A stretch of DNA of 64,000 nt from Cetorhinus maximus (lineage: Eukaryota), in assembly GCF_964194155.1 (NCBI RefSeq), contig NC_135897.1, forward strand, positions 84,320,001 to 84,384,000, given 5' to 3'. This document shows positions 46,173 to 59,499 of this stretch, in pieces; within the stretch, counting starts at the first letter, position 1, and every line of letters starts with the position of its first letter. The notes beneath the pieces were generated by a model. It was not told the origin of the DNA, searched no databases, and was given only the letters and a program-made list of their open reading frames with translations. The translations under genes were made by a program, and so were the position numbers.

Positions 46173-49100
46173 CCATTTACCATTCTGTTGGAAGAGTGGT
46201 AGGCTCAGTCGTTTCTGGTCCTTCCAGTTGGCTTGGAGTTTGGATTGGAACTTGGGTGTCTTCCTCGATAGTTTGCTACTGTGTGATGGGAGCGGCTGGT
46301 CTTGAGATCACGCGGAGACTCCTCCTGTATTGTCTGACCGTGCTTCTGCCACGCCAATCTGGTCGTTCTGTCTGATGACCATACCTTCTCTCTCAAGGTC
46401 TGTGATCCAGGCCTCGTCACCCTTCTGCAGCTGTGGCAAGTGTCTGGTGCGGTGCCTTCTCTTGTAGGTGGAAGCTTGTTTCTGTCTGTAGGACTGCGTT
46501 TTTGTCTGGGTGTCCAGGTAATCCTTGGTTATCAACCCTGGCATTAGTTTTTGCGGCCGGATCGGGAGTTATGTGTGAAGCTCTCTGCCCGTCAGGAGCT
46601 CGGGTGGTTGCACTGTAAGGGGGTGGACCTGTATGTGAGCAGTGCAGTGGAAAAGTCCTCGTTCATGTTCAGAAGGGCTATCACCATGTGGACCCCTCGT
46701 TCTGCTTCTCCCCTTTGACTGTGGGCACCTTTGGGAGCTGGTGCGGTGGAGAAATTGGCTGCGAAGTGTGCAAAGTATTAGTTGGAAAATTGCGGGCCAT
46801 TATCGGACATGATTTCATCCAGGATGCCGTGGCTTGCAAACATCTCTTTTTAGCGCTTTGACGACTGTCACTGTGCTAGTCGTATAAAGTTGTTTTACCT
46901 CCATGCACCTGGAGAAATAGTCCACAACTACCGGGAAGGATTTGCTGTTGTAGACAAACAGGTCGATGCCCAGCCTCTCCCAAGGTCTGTTAGGGAATTG
47001 CATGGGAATGAGCGGTTTCCCGTTAGTCCTGCCGGTGGAATGCATAAATCTGGCAATTTGCAATGGTCTCTTCTATTGCCTTGAAGATGTGCGGCCACCA
47101 GATGGCAGATCGGGCCTGTGTCCTGCAATTAGGTGCGAGTGACCCTGATGTAAATTTTTTGAAGGACATCAGGCCACAGGGAGGCTGGGATGATCAGTCG
47201 TTCTTCATAGACCAGGAAGTCATCTGTAACCGTAAGGAGGTTTTACGGCTCGAACCGTGTTTTTGTGGCACCTCTGTTGGGTCTCAGTTGAGGCCATCGA
47301 TACTTGCTGAATCTGCGGATGCGAGTGCACTCTCTATCAGACAGTTGCTCCTGGAGGATCTGTTGGAGTCTGGTTGTGGTTGCAGACAGGTGTCTGCTTG
47401 TTGCTTGGGAATAGGCCTCCAGTCCTGCAACAAAGTTGACATCCTGTTTTATTGGGAGGCCCTCTGTGGCCCTCGAAAGTGTGTCTGCTGTCGCCTGATT
47501 TTTTTTTCCCTTGGACATGGACAATCTGATAGATGAATCGCATGAGGTGTAGGTAAAACCTCTGGATCCTTGGAGGCATCTTTGCCGGCTCCTTCTCATC
47601 CAGTAAGGAGACTAGTGGTTTATGGTCCGTCTCGATTGTGATCTTGAGGCTGACGATGTAGTCAGAAAACTTCTCGCATGCCCATTACGCTGTGAGGGCT
47701 TCTTTTTCTATGGTGGTATATCTTGTCTCCGTGTCCGGCAGCCCTTTGGAAGCGTAGAACACAGTCAGCGACTTCCATTCAGTTTCTCCTGAAAGGGGAC
47801 CACGCAGAGGCCTGTGGATGAAGCATCTGCTGCTATGGTGATAGGCAGGGTCGTAGTGGCCAGAATTCTAGTGAAGAGCAGTGTCGCCTTGATGCGAATG
47901 AATGCTTGCTCTTGCCGTTGAGTCCCAGCACCAGACTTGGTCTTTATCGAGCAGGTGTCCCAAGGGTTCTGTGACCTGTGCCAAATTAGTTAAGAGCTTT
48001 GCCAGCTGGCTCACCATCCCCAGGGGACGCTGGAGGTTGGGGACTGAGGAAAGGGGTGAGGAACTCACTGATCACCTTGGTTTGTTGTGGGTCCGCTAGG
48101 ATGCATTTGTTGCTGGTGATGTGGCCCAGGAACCGAATGGGCATTATGGAAAATTCACATTCGTCGTTCAGCCTCAGTCCTGCTTCCTGCTTCCTCCAGT
48201 TGCACCAAGGCTGTCGTGAGCCTTTTGCCATGCTCTTCCACTGTCGCTCCATGAACCAAGACGTTGTCGGTGTGGCAGATGACCCCCTGAAGGCCCTGCA
48301 AAATATCTGACGTCGTGTGTTGGAATCTCTCTGCTGCTGAGGTGATCCCAAAGGGCAGGCGCTTGAAGCAGAATCAGCCTAATAGATGTGCTTAGGGACC
48401 AGAGTCCTCATCAAGGGGAAGCTGCCAGAATCCGTTGTGGCATCTAATTTCGAAAATACCCTGTTCTTTCTAGAGTTTACTCAGGCTTTCGTCCATTGTG
48501 GACATGGGATGAACGTCTCTGGGTTACAGCCTTGTTACACTATGTCAGGTCGATGCAAATGTGGAGGGACCCCCTCATTCGGTTTTGGGTCTGGGACCAT
48601 CCCAGCACGCCACACAGTTGGTTGTGTGATTGGGCAGATGACGCCGATGTTCACCATCCCACCCAGCTTCTGCTGTAATTTCTTCATGAAGGGGTGGGGG
48701 CTTTTGTTGGAGTGAAAAGGCACACTGGTTTATCATCGTCTCTCAGTGTGATCCTGTACGCACTTTTCAGACGTCCCAGTCCCCTGAATAGCTTCAGGAA
48801 CTCGCTTTTGTATTTGGAGCCAGGCCCTCCTTGGTTGACCTTGTCGCTATTTTGCATGAGCTTCTGTTCGACACGGTTGTTGTGCTCTGAACAGAGAGTA
48901 GTCCTGGTTGTGGACGTTAAACAGGGCCGCTTGGATTGTTTTGTGCTTAAACCTCAGTGTCGGCTGCAGGGTGCCCTTGACTGGAAATCTCAATCTTCCT
49001 GCTACGTCGTGGGTGGGGGTCAGCCGTTGGGTCACCAGCCATGGTTCTTTGTCCGACGGGACTGTTACGCTGGCTCCTGAATCTAATTTAAAATTATTTA

Positions 49101-51347
49101 GATGGCCATTGACAAAGATATCTGTATTCCAGAATGAGAAACCACAATCCTTGACCTCGCCCAGGGAGCATGGCTGTGTCTCTTCGGTCCCGACCTCGTG
49201 GATTACTTTGGGGCCTTCGTTTTGACTTGCACGCTTTGCCGTAGTGGCCCATCCGCTTACAGCGGAAGCATTGGGTTGTACTCGCAGGACACTGGTCTCT
49301 CCTGCGAGGGCGCTTCTCACCGCAGCGCTGGCAAGGCTGCTCTGCTGGACGGTTCAAGCATTGCTTTCTTTGACTTGGATTTTCCCCACGTCTTTGTGGC
49401 TTGTTAAGCTGGACTCAGAGTTGGCTTCTACCTTGTGTTTTATTTTCTCCCATTAAGATTTTCCTGTGCTGTCCAAGGAGCTCAGATAATCTGTCTATCT
49501 GGATTTCCTTGTCTAGAGTTAGATCATCTTTAGCTTGTGGGAGGACAGAGAGTGCATCGCCTGTTGCACCCACCACTGTTCTGTTTCTGGTGAGTTCAGA
49601 CTTTAAATCTGCATATTCACACCCCTCTGCCATCCTGTAGAGATCATTTATGAAGGAATCGACGGGTTCCCCCTGGTAGTTGGACTCTATTATTGAATTT
49701 AGCTCTCTCCAGTATTTTGTTGCTTCATAAGTTTAAAATAAATGTCAAAACGTTTTAAAGCCGCCTCGAATTTGGCCGATGACTAATTAATACCCTCTCT
49801 TATAATGATGTCGTCTACAATTGGGCCTATAGAGTATAGCAGCATGTTCACCTCTTCTTCTGACATTTTATTTAAACCAGAAGTGATGCTGTACCTTAAA
49901 AAAATCTTTTCCTCCAAAGACCCTGACTTTGTGACTGGCCTGGGCCTTGGGTTAGTCCAAACTGAGTTGAAAGTGTTGAATTGTGATTCATGTTAAAAGT
50001 TTGAAAATTGCATATGCGGGATTTCCTGCACTTGCCGGTTTTGGCAGGCTGTGCAAAATGGCAGTGGCGTGCTTCTTGAAGGGGACTTTTAGCGGCGGCT
50101 GCCTGGAGTGGCTGTGCGCTGACATCTTTTGCTCCGCAGTTTACTGTGACGAGTAATGAGGTGTTCAAATTCAGGGTTACACTTGCCATTTTCCGAGCTG
50201 GACCGTTGCGGTCTTCCTGAGCGCTTTAAATAGGTAGTTAGCTTTTCTTATGTTACGAATTCGGAAGCCACATGCTGGGGCTCCGACTGGGCGATCAGGT
50301 TGTAGCAATGGGCTTTCCCTCAGTGGCACTTCTGACGCTGAATTAGGGAAGGGATTCTCAGGACTAGCGGCTGCCTGGAACTTTAAAAGGTTTGGCTAAC
50401 CCTTGCAGGCTCTGTGCTCTGAAGCTGGACTTCCAAGGGATATTCAATGGAGTCTTCTGCTGCAGTAAAAATCTCCGCCTTCAGCTTCCAGGCCTTTTCT
50501 CTGGAGCGTTTTCTGGCAAATTTTCTCTGTGCTTTCACCTTCTGTGGGGAGCTTCTCTCAGGTAGAAATTTTTGTTGGAGTCTTTTACTCTTCCAGCATC
50601 GCGGCTTGTTTCAGCATTTTAGCAAGGTTGACGGTTTTTGATCCCCATCTGCCACCATGTTGAGAGAGTGTTGGTTACAGAATGTTGTGTTTTAAAGAAG
50701 CCTTTGTAGTCTTCAGTAGGTTCACTGTATGTCTTTATGAACAAGTAGAACTATTTGCACGTACAGTAAAGGCTGCAGGCTTGCATTGTCTCTGTGCTTA
50801 GGTCTTTACACGTCCCTGCTCAACACCACACTGACCCCTGGGCCTGGGCCATGTGTTTTCTTACATTGCTGTGTGGGTGGTACTGTACTCAGTCCCACGT
50901 TAATCCAGCGTGTGCCAGACACTAATACGGCATAAATAACAACCCTTTCCTTTTAAATGAAGCTACAAAATCTTATTCAAAGACAGTGAAAGATTTAACC
51001 TTATTTATTTCTTTGCATCTGGTCCAATGGTCACTTCACAAGAAGTAAGCAACGTAAGAGTGTTTCAGTTCTTGTTTCACATTCAGAGATGCTGAAATGT
51101 TGTTTGGGAAGTAAGTGATTGTGCTATCTTTATGCAGGGTTTTTTCCTAAAGTGAGAACTCTTTCCTGTTTTCATTTGAACAATATCTATTTATTTTAAA
51201 TGGCCGCCGGCTCCAGGATGAGGATTATCCTGTTCACCCTCAAAATTAACTCTCAATGCAAGTGCACAAACGCATCCACGTCCAACTTCCGCTGTACGTA
51301 CAGAGCGACGCTGAAGTGACAAAGCTGCAAGTGCCCAGCATGATCAA

Positions 51348-52426
51348 GGGCAGAATTGGGGGAGCGGCTGGCTGTAAAATTTCTCGGACGGCCTTCCCAC
51401 GCGGCCCCCATCCACCCCAACCTCTCCGCAATTTTCCACTAGGACAGGCTAGGCCTATTCCGTCCCGCCCATGTCCCAATTGAGGCACTTGAGTGGTCAA
51501 TGATTGACCACTTATGGGCCATTTCCCGCCCGGCCACAATTTTCAGTTTCTGGTGGAATGAGTTCAGGGGCAGGGGTAAACCTGAAACAGGGTAACCCTG
51601 TTCAGGCCTCATGTGGGAAGGGGGCAGATGTGGCGCCTCCATCAGCAACTTCCTTTTAACATCGAGTGCCTCCCTGAAAAAGATTGGCCCCCATAGGTCC
51701 TCCCTCTCACCCCCCCATCCCTAATCTCTCAACCAGCGCACTCCCCCCCCCCCCCCCCCCCCCCCCCCACCCCCTCGACCCCGTGCCTCACCTCCCCATC
51801 CTGCCCTGAGACCCCAAAACTTACCTGGTCCTGAACTCCCGGCACTTAGGCTTTGGGGACTGCTTACAGTCCCAGTCCTGTCCATTGCAGCTTCTGGCGC
51901 TGCAGTAACTAGAGAGTTGTTGGCTCTCTGAGGCAGGACCTCCTTCCGAATGAGAGATGGAAGTCCAGTCTCCAAGCCAATTAATACTTGTTGGAGTGTT
52001 TAATGGCTGTAAGGCAGGCAGTATTGGCAGTGACAAAAACAGAAATACCTGGAAAAACTCAGCAGGTCTGGCAGCATCGGTGGATAAGAACAAAGTTGAC
52101 GTTTCGAGTCCTCATGACCCTTCAACAGAACTAAGTAAAAATAGGAGAGGGGTGAAATATAAGCTGGTTTAAGGTGGGGGGGTAGGGGGAGAGAAGTTGG
52201 GGGGGGTGCGGGTGGTTGTAGGGACAAGCAAGCAGTGATAGGAGCAGATAATCAAAAGATGTCACAGACAAAAGAACAAAGAGGTGTTGAAGGTGGTGAT
52301 ATTATCTAAGAGAATGTGCTAATTAAGAATGGATGGCAGGACATGCAAGTAGTGGCAGTGATGTGTTCATCACTGACTTTTTAGATGGTGGGAAGGGAAA
52401 CCCCATCATCCTAAAAATCCTGGCCC
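51348..52426. mobile_element. Non-autonomous Harbinger-like DNA transposon; shorter version at the paralogous site 58014-58378
   Basis: GGGCAGAATT...AAATCCTGGCCC termini; absent from the paralogous site in unit A (~37455). Confidence 0.7.
52034..52344 (-). mobile_element. PLE 3' fragment with hammerhead motif (52094-52132)
   Basis: Minus strand reads AGTT-CTGTTGA-A-GGGTC-ATGAG-GACTC-GAAAC-GTC-AACT; homologous to 14220-14525; degenerate TSD ending TGGCAGTGA. Confidence 0.88.
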
Positions 52427-52873
52427 AAAAGAATGTTCCTGACCTTAGCTGTATTCAGCCCTCCCTCGGTCCCAATCTTCTGATCACTTAAGTGAACATA
52501 TTGACCTAAAGTGATCTTTCTCATTCTCCAGGTGTTAACTAAATGTCTCATCAAGGTTACTGAACCAACGCTGGCTATATGTTGCTATATTTCTCTCACC
52601 CGGTCAGTTTATTTATGTTATACAGGCATCAGCCGTGGACACAATGAAGCATGAATTTTCCTGGTCAGAATGCTTCAGTTGGTTTATGTCAAAATCAGAT
52701 GAAGCAATGTGATTGTGCAATATTCCAAAATTCTGCTTTATAGTTACATCATTTTGTTTTTTTTAACTGCAAGCTATGAAATATATAAGCTGTCTGTGTG
52801 TAGGCATTTTACACTCTTATTTGTTGAATTAAAGTTGCAGGAGATTGATATTTTAAGTATTGTTCAAAAAAGA

Positions 52874-53175
52874 TGTTGAAGCTTTTCGCCTTGCACTTAT
52901 CAGGTCACTTCGCAAGAATACCAATAAAAGGGGGAACAGCAATTTATACTGTATGAGAAGAGAGTGCGGATTGGTTGACAAGTAAATTCTGGTAGCGGCA
53001 TTGTCATGGAGAATGCACCAGTAATGGTGACTGGCAGTTAACTGCCAAGCATTGTTTGAAAGTTAAACCAGACAGCTTGACCCTGATTGGTCAAGACATT
53101 GCCCTGAGGAATGAGTCAGTGAATGGCTGTCACTCATTTTGTTCAGCTGAAACAGGCACAGTGTGTGTACATGTT
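52874..53175 (-). mobile_element. Family-2 hammerhead-bearing repeat abutting the 3' end of pseudogene B
   Basis: Homologous to 1268-1370. Minus strand reads TGAC-CTGATAA-GTGCAAGGC-GAAA-AGCTT-C-AACA at ~52874-52907. Confidence 0.7.
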
Positions 53176-53179
53176 ACAT

Positions 53180-54216
53180 GGTTGAAGTGGCTGCTGTCGG
53201 TTCATCAAGTATGGATTGTGAAGGGCTAGTATGCAAAGATTGATCATTGTGTGAATCATTCTCCTTTGAGTTTCTCTCCAGGCCTAACTTTGACCTAAAT
53301 ACCTTTCCAAACAAAGAGTAGATCACTGGGTCAAGGCAGGCATTGACAGCACTATGGCAGATTCTTTAAAGTGGGAAAGAGTCTTTTTCCAAAAACATCC
53401 AGTGATGACATTTATCTGACTTAAAATGTAAGGAAGCCTTGCGATGTGGTAAGGAACAAAACAGACTAAGAAGAGTAAGGAGGATGAGGATGTTGTTCTT
53501 TGCCTTGGCTTGCTTTTTGAGTGAGCTTGGAGATGGGGATTTGTCAAGACGTTTTGCAGTTTGAAAGTAAAAGAAGCAAAGCCCTATTAGCACGCAGAGA
53601 AACAGAAATGTGCCTCCAGCATGGAGGAATACATGGCAGTGAATTCCCGTACCACTTCTAAATCCTAAACATGTTTCTTTTGTACTATTCTGGGCTGGCT
53701 TTTTCCCTGTCAGGAACATGCACAAAAATCCAAGACTGAGAAGTACACTCCAGGTTCCAATGGAGACAATTCTTGCAGACTTGAGAGTTTGAAAAGAATG
53801 TATTTTAAATGGTTTGACAATTTTCAGGTATTTAGTGACCACAATGTATCCCAGGAAGAGAATGCTTGAATACATGTTCAAATAGAAGATACATGTTGTA
53901 AAATTGCAATAGATTGTTCTCAGTATTGTGGAGCCCAAATTGTTCTCTCCTACAACCCTTGTAGGCAGTGAGAGGACCAGCAAGAAATCGGCTACGACCA
54001 GGTTCTTTAAATAGATGATGATGCTGTTGCTGTTGGGAACATGACAGAAGTAGACCCAGAAAACCACAGGCTGTTGAGAATGATTCCAACTACAAAAACT
54101 AACGAATAGGCAGTAAGTGTAAATATTGTCAAGCCATCAGAAGAAAACTGGCAAGTGATGTTGCCAGAGGAATTTGTGCTTGTGCCGATCTCGTCGCTTG
54201 CTGTAGGGTCAGCCAT
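53180..54216 (-). pseudogene. P2Y14-like pseudogene, copy B
   Basis: Colinear with copies A and C but has a 2-nt insertion (~54066), a 2-nt deletion (~53474) and a ~7-nt deletion (~53344). TRY is changed to TKY and the C-terminus is truncated by a repeat. Confidence 0.92.
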
Positions 54217-57040
54217 CAGCACATCTGAATGTTAAAGCAGAATATGTTACTTTTCTGGAGTGGTGTCACGTAACAATTTGCCAGAAGAGGCAATCCCTGA
54301 AAAGTGAAAGTGCTGGGGCAGAGATTCAGTATTTTAATCGAATAATTATTGTTTGGCAGATGTTAAAAACACTGGATGAACACACCCATTTAAGAGGGCT
54401 TCTCTACACTGAGGCTTCCCTCGCAATGTTTAAACAGTAACAAACCTAAATGCCTGAAAGACAATAAAAAAGAGTGCAGTGATCACTGACATGGTTGAAA
54501 TAATTGTTCATGTGCGCGGTCTTCGATTTCATTGCCAGTTTAGGTTTGGTTCACCATATCTGATTTAATGTCCTTAAAGCATCTTCAAATGCAAAGAAAC
54601 ACTTGGATGGGAAAAATCTTCCTGGAGAGGCAGGTATCAAGTTCCAAAGGAATAACCAGTCTCATCATTGACAGTGATGGTCACTGTATATATAATCCCA
54701 CAAGCAGAAAAGAGGAGTCACCTACCTGGCTGAAAGTGTTTGATGTAGTATTACTCTGTGCCTGCACGGTCTAGAGTTTCTTGCAGCGATACTGGGCTGG
54801 ACCTGTGTGTGCAAAATGTTTTCTTTTTTAACCTCATGATATTTTTGGCCAATTTGTGGTGTTCAGCATTTCTTTTGACCGGAAGTAGCAAGCAGTGAGA
54901 TGACATGGTCCAATGCAACTCAGACTAATGACCTTAAATGCAAGTGATGTGCAACAGGAAATAGGGCATATAATTTAAAGATCTAACTATGGAGTGTGTG
55001 TGTGCACGTGTGTGTGAGAGAAAAATCTATCTGTCACTTTATTTTGATGCATGGAGAGTTTGCCTTTTGCTAAATTTAAATTTATACTGAAATCTGTGTC
55101 ACCTCGGTCTACCTACACTTGTGGCATAAGTGATAAGGAGGCACTGGAGACGATGCAAAAAGGTTTCAGAAGGATGTTCCCAGAACTGAGAGGATATAAT
55201 TATGAGGAAAGGCTGAAGAGGCTGGAGCATTTTTCTCTGGAAAAGAAAAGGTTGTGGAGAAACCTGATAAGGGCCTTTAAGATTACAAAAAGGTTTGGTA
55301 GATTAAATGTGGAAAAATGCTGCTTTTTATGCACGAGTCTAAAGCATTATGAAAATTGGGTTGAGGTTGAACAACGTGATTTGAAACAAACAAAACCTCA
55401 CATATGGCAGTAGGCCCATATATTGTTGTTTACACTGAGTAGAACTAGACTGAGTTAGTGTGTCCTGTTCATTATAACATTTGTGGCTTGGACTGGAGCC
55501 ACTATGTCCTTGGTTCTCTGCCCCTCCCTGGAGTTGTTCTGTACTCTTTTCTCCTGCAAAGAGAGAAAGCAGAGGATTGCATGTGCGTGAAATGTGTGGA
55601 GAAGAAGAAAAGGGAGCTTTTGTAGAGGATAACTAAGTCATGGAAGTGAGATTGCACAACGATAAGGGTGTGAGAGTGTTGGCTGGTCAACTGGGATGTG
55701 AGGAGATGTCTGGATAGAGGGGAATGAGTGAAGCTGCAAATTATGTTGGTCTGGGTAGTGTTATATAGGAGAATGCCGGGGCAGTGAGAGTGTAGAGTTT
55801 GGCACCTGAAAGTGCTTTTGCCCTCATGAGGTCCTAGATCCTCTTACGATGTTGTCTCCAGGTTTGAGGGGCACACTCCTCATGCAAACTTCCCTCATCC
55901 TCTTCCATTCACTCCTGCTTGGTTGGAGGGATTAGCCTATCTTTCCCAATGACCGGAGAGACACTGCACTCATTGGGATCCCGAAGCAGGATGATCAGGG
56001 GGCAGCCTTTCGAGGTTTCCTTTCCATTTCTGTGATTGCTGAAGCCACAGGAATCAATATCAGGATTTCCCATTGGAGAGCAGCATATATGTAGCTATTG
56101 TCATGAACGATGAACTTTACAAGATTCTTACGTTTTAAAATGTCCCATTCACCTTTAGGTAAAAAAGAACGTTCTGAAATGGGGAGGGGGGTGGGTGGGT
56201 GGGGGGTTGGGAAGTGTGTGGTCAGGGTGAATTCCTGACAAACACCACAGCCCCCACACAACCCATGTGACCCAGTTGTCTTGGGGAGAGAAGCTAAAGT
56301 AGAAACTCATTGAAGTTGGCGGGGTGGGGGTGGGGGGGGAGCTGATTTAGCACCTTTTCTCATTATCTCACCGAAAAGGACAGCCATTGTTCATGATACC
56401 GAAACACAGCAGCTACTTCTATGGGAAAGCAGGGCCAACTGTTTCATATTAACAACCAAACAGGATGCTTGTGAGAGTTTGGTTTCTGTTTAAAAGAAAG
56501 GGAATCGAACAGACTTGGCTTTTGATGATTTAACGAATGGGTAATCATCTTGATGTATCAAGAAACTCAAAACTTGAACAAGGAGTGGATTGTTAAAGGG
56601 CTCTGAAAGTTTAGACCTGACATGATGGGAATAAATGACTCTTTGATGGCGAGCCGGCAGAGAGTGTGGGATTGTTCCTGTAATGTTACATATCTGTCAG
56701 AAGTGATGTGTTGTATGTAAAGGCATTTCATAAAACATATTTTAGTTTTGTTAATTAGTAAATGTGAAATGTACGTTTCTCTTTAGTTTGATGTATTAGT
56801 TGCTTATAAATTAATGTTTATCTTTATTGGTTTTAGTTTGTTACAGCAAAACTCTTAAAAAGTGAAATCTTGTCCACCGGTTTATTTCTGTTGGTAGTTT
56901 GGGAAATCTGTCTCTTTTTAAAACTTTATTGGTCTGTGCGAGGATTGTAATCTTATCTGCATGAACCGTTGACAAAGGAGTAAGATAAGCGCAATGCAAA
57001 TAACAAAGGAAACACGTACTATTGTTCACCAAAAAGAGCA

Positions 57041-57294
57041 GTTGGGAGGGTGTTAGTTACAGAATTTTGTGTCTTAAAGAAATCTTCGTAGTCTTCAGTA
57101 GGTTAACTGTAATTCTTTATGAACAAGTAGAACTAGTTACACATATACAGTAAAGGGTACAGGCTAGTAGTTATCTCCATGTTTAGGTCTTGACATGTTT
57201 CCGCTCAACACCACACTGACCTCTGGTTCTGGGTCATGTGCTTTCTTACATCAGTCCCACATTAACCCTGTATGTGCCAGACACTTACACAACA
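57041..57294 (-). mobile_element. Solo LTR of the Gypsy family at the site paralogous to the provirus
   Basis: Matches LTRs 45383-45660 and 50658-50932; followed by TAAAT (57295-57299) and the same flanking DNA. Confidence 0.9.
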
Positions 57295-57600
57295 TAAATA
57301 ACAAACCTTTCCATTTAAATGACCGCACATAATTTTATTCAAAGACAGCGAAAGATTTAACCACATTTGACTTATTTCTTTTCACATGGTCCAGTGGTCA
57401 TTTCACAACTATTGAGCTAATGTAAGAGCAACTTTGGTTCTTGTTTCACATTCAAACATACTGAAATGTTGTTTGGGAAGTAGGCGGTTGTGCTATCTTT
57501 ATGCAGGGTTTTTTCCTAAAGTGAGAACTCTTTCCTGTTTTCGTTTGAACAATATCTATTTATTTTAAATGGCCGCCGGCTCCAGGATGAGGATTATCCT

Positions 57601-57892
57601 CAGAGATAAAAATGTCACAGATGTCACAGACAAAAGGATCAAAGAGGTGTTGAAGGTGGTGATATTATCTAAGAAAAGTGCCAATTAAGAATGGATGACA
57701 GGATACTCAAGGTACAGCTCTAGTGGGGGTGGGGTGGAAAGACTAACAAAGTTTTAGTTTTAGATTTAAAAATAATGGAAATAGGTGGGAAAAGAAGAAT
57801 CTATATAAATTATTGAAAAAAAAGGGGAGGAAGAAATGGGGTGGGGATGGGGGAAGGGGGAGTTTAAGATCTAAAGTTGTTGAATTCAATAT
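57601..57892 (-). mobile_element. PLE fragment (ORF end plus 3' UTR, no pseudo-LTR end)
   Basis: Matches the reverse complement of ~14023-14310; 7-bp TSD TTATCCT at 57594-57600 and 57893-57899; the empty site is visible in unit B at ~51225. Confidence 0.9.
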
Positions 57893-59499
57893 TTATCCTG
57901 TTCACCCTCAAAAGTAGCTCCTTTGTCAATGCAAGTGCACAAACACACCAACGTCCGCTGAATGTACAGAATGACAATAAAGTGGCAAAACTGCAAGCGC
58001 CCAGCGTAACCAAGAGCAGAATGTTACGTTCCCGCTAGCGGATTTGTAGGCGGTGGGGGGGAGGGCTGGCCGTAAAATTTCTCGGAAGGCCTTCCCACTG
58101 AGCTCCCGCCTGCCCCAACCTCTCGCCGATTTGTCGCTGTAACGGGCTGGGCCTATTTCGGCCCACCCGCCCATTTCCCAATTGAGGCCCTTGAGTGGCT
58201 AATGATTGACCACTTAAGGGGCCGTTTCCCACTCGGCCTCCACTGTCAGGCTAGCGGGACATGTTCAGGGCTTGGTGGGGGGGGGTGGGTGGGGGTGGGG
58301 GTGGGGGTGGGTCCGAAAAGCATCCCTGTTCAGGCCTCATGCGGAAGGGAAACCTCGCCATCCTAAACATCCTGACCCAAAAGAATTTTCCTCACCCCAG
58401 CAGTATTTAGCCCACCCTGTGTTCCAATTTTCTGATCACTTAACTGAACATATTGACTTAAAATGGTCTCTCTCATTCTCCAGGTATTAACAAAATGTTT
58501 CTTTAAGATGAAACACTGTGTATTTTGCTATATTTCTCTAACACAGTAATGTTATATGTTATACAGGCATCAACGGTGGACACAATGAAGTGTGAATTTT
58601 CTCGATCAGAATGCTTCAGTCAGTTTATGTCAAAATCAGATGAAACAATGTGATTGTGCAATGTTCCAAAATTCCACTTTATAGTTACATCTTTTTGTTT
58701 TTCACTGCAGATGATGAAACATACAAGCTATCTTTGTGTAGGCATTTTATACTCTTATTTGTGAATTTAAAATTGCACACCATAGCTATCCACAAGGTGC
58801 TTTTTTCACTTTTAGCACTTTGTGTGTATTTATGATTCTGCCACCAGACATACAGGAGCTGGTGCATGGATGGTTACTTAGCTGCTGGTCTCCTGCAATC
58901 CAAACAAAAGAATTATTCATTGCCAAGGTTGGTAACAATGGCAAGATTGTGAGAGGATGTAGTGTTTCATCACAGCTCACCTTACTTTTGGTGCAAAGCA
59001 AAGCTGTTAATAGCTGCAGGTTAGAGAGGTTTCCCAATCACTGAATTGAGAGCTATGATCAAACTGGTTCTGTAGAAAGTCTTGGCCAAATGATCAGCTG
59101 TGGAGAGCAGGTCTAGATAGAATAAATCCATGCTGAAAAACTTGAATAACTGCGAACCTTGGTGAATGATGTAGTTGCTGTGATTATGGTAGTTGAACCT
59201 GGGTGAACACTATGGTTGCTGGTGATTACGATGCCAGAGGCTATGGGTTCAAACTGAGGTGTTAAAATCTTCCTTGGCCAACATGTATTCTTCAGCTGAC
59301 ATCACCAGGGGCAGGCTAACTTAATTCATCTCATTGCTGTTTTGTGGGACTTCGTTGTGTGTAAATTGGTCACTGTTTTTGACAAGATAACAAAAATGTG
59401 TTCATATTCCAAAAACATTTCAATCACTGAAGATCTTTTGCAGTAGGCGTTACATAAGTTCAGTGCCTTCACCCTTCCCATCTCCCAATCGATTTTTTT

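Larger units (their letters stand above)
45383..50932 (-). mobile_element. Decayed Ty3/Gypsy (Mag-like) LTR retrotransposon provirus
   Basis: LTRs at 45383-45660 and 50658-50932; 5-bp TSD TAAAT at 45378-45382 and 50933-50937; PBS TGGTGGCAGATGGGGAT (tRNA-Leu-like) at 50641-50657; PPT TGGTGGGAGG at 45661-45670; gag zinc knuckles (CFRCKRMGHYGKAC), protease KLDSGA and integrase PWERLGIDLF..VDYFSR in PR-RT-RH-IN order. Confidence 0.93.

Noticed and set aside
51743-51773. Poly-C tract (G-quadruplex potential; poly-Gly ORF on minus strand)
   Set aside because: Homopolymer inside a transposon; its length is unreliable and the ORF is spurious.
53366-54067. 233-aa ORF as a functional short receptor
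   Set aside because: It is the segment between two frameshifts of pseudogene B; it lacks most of TM1 and TM7 and starts at GTG.
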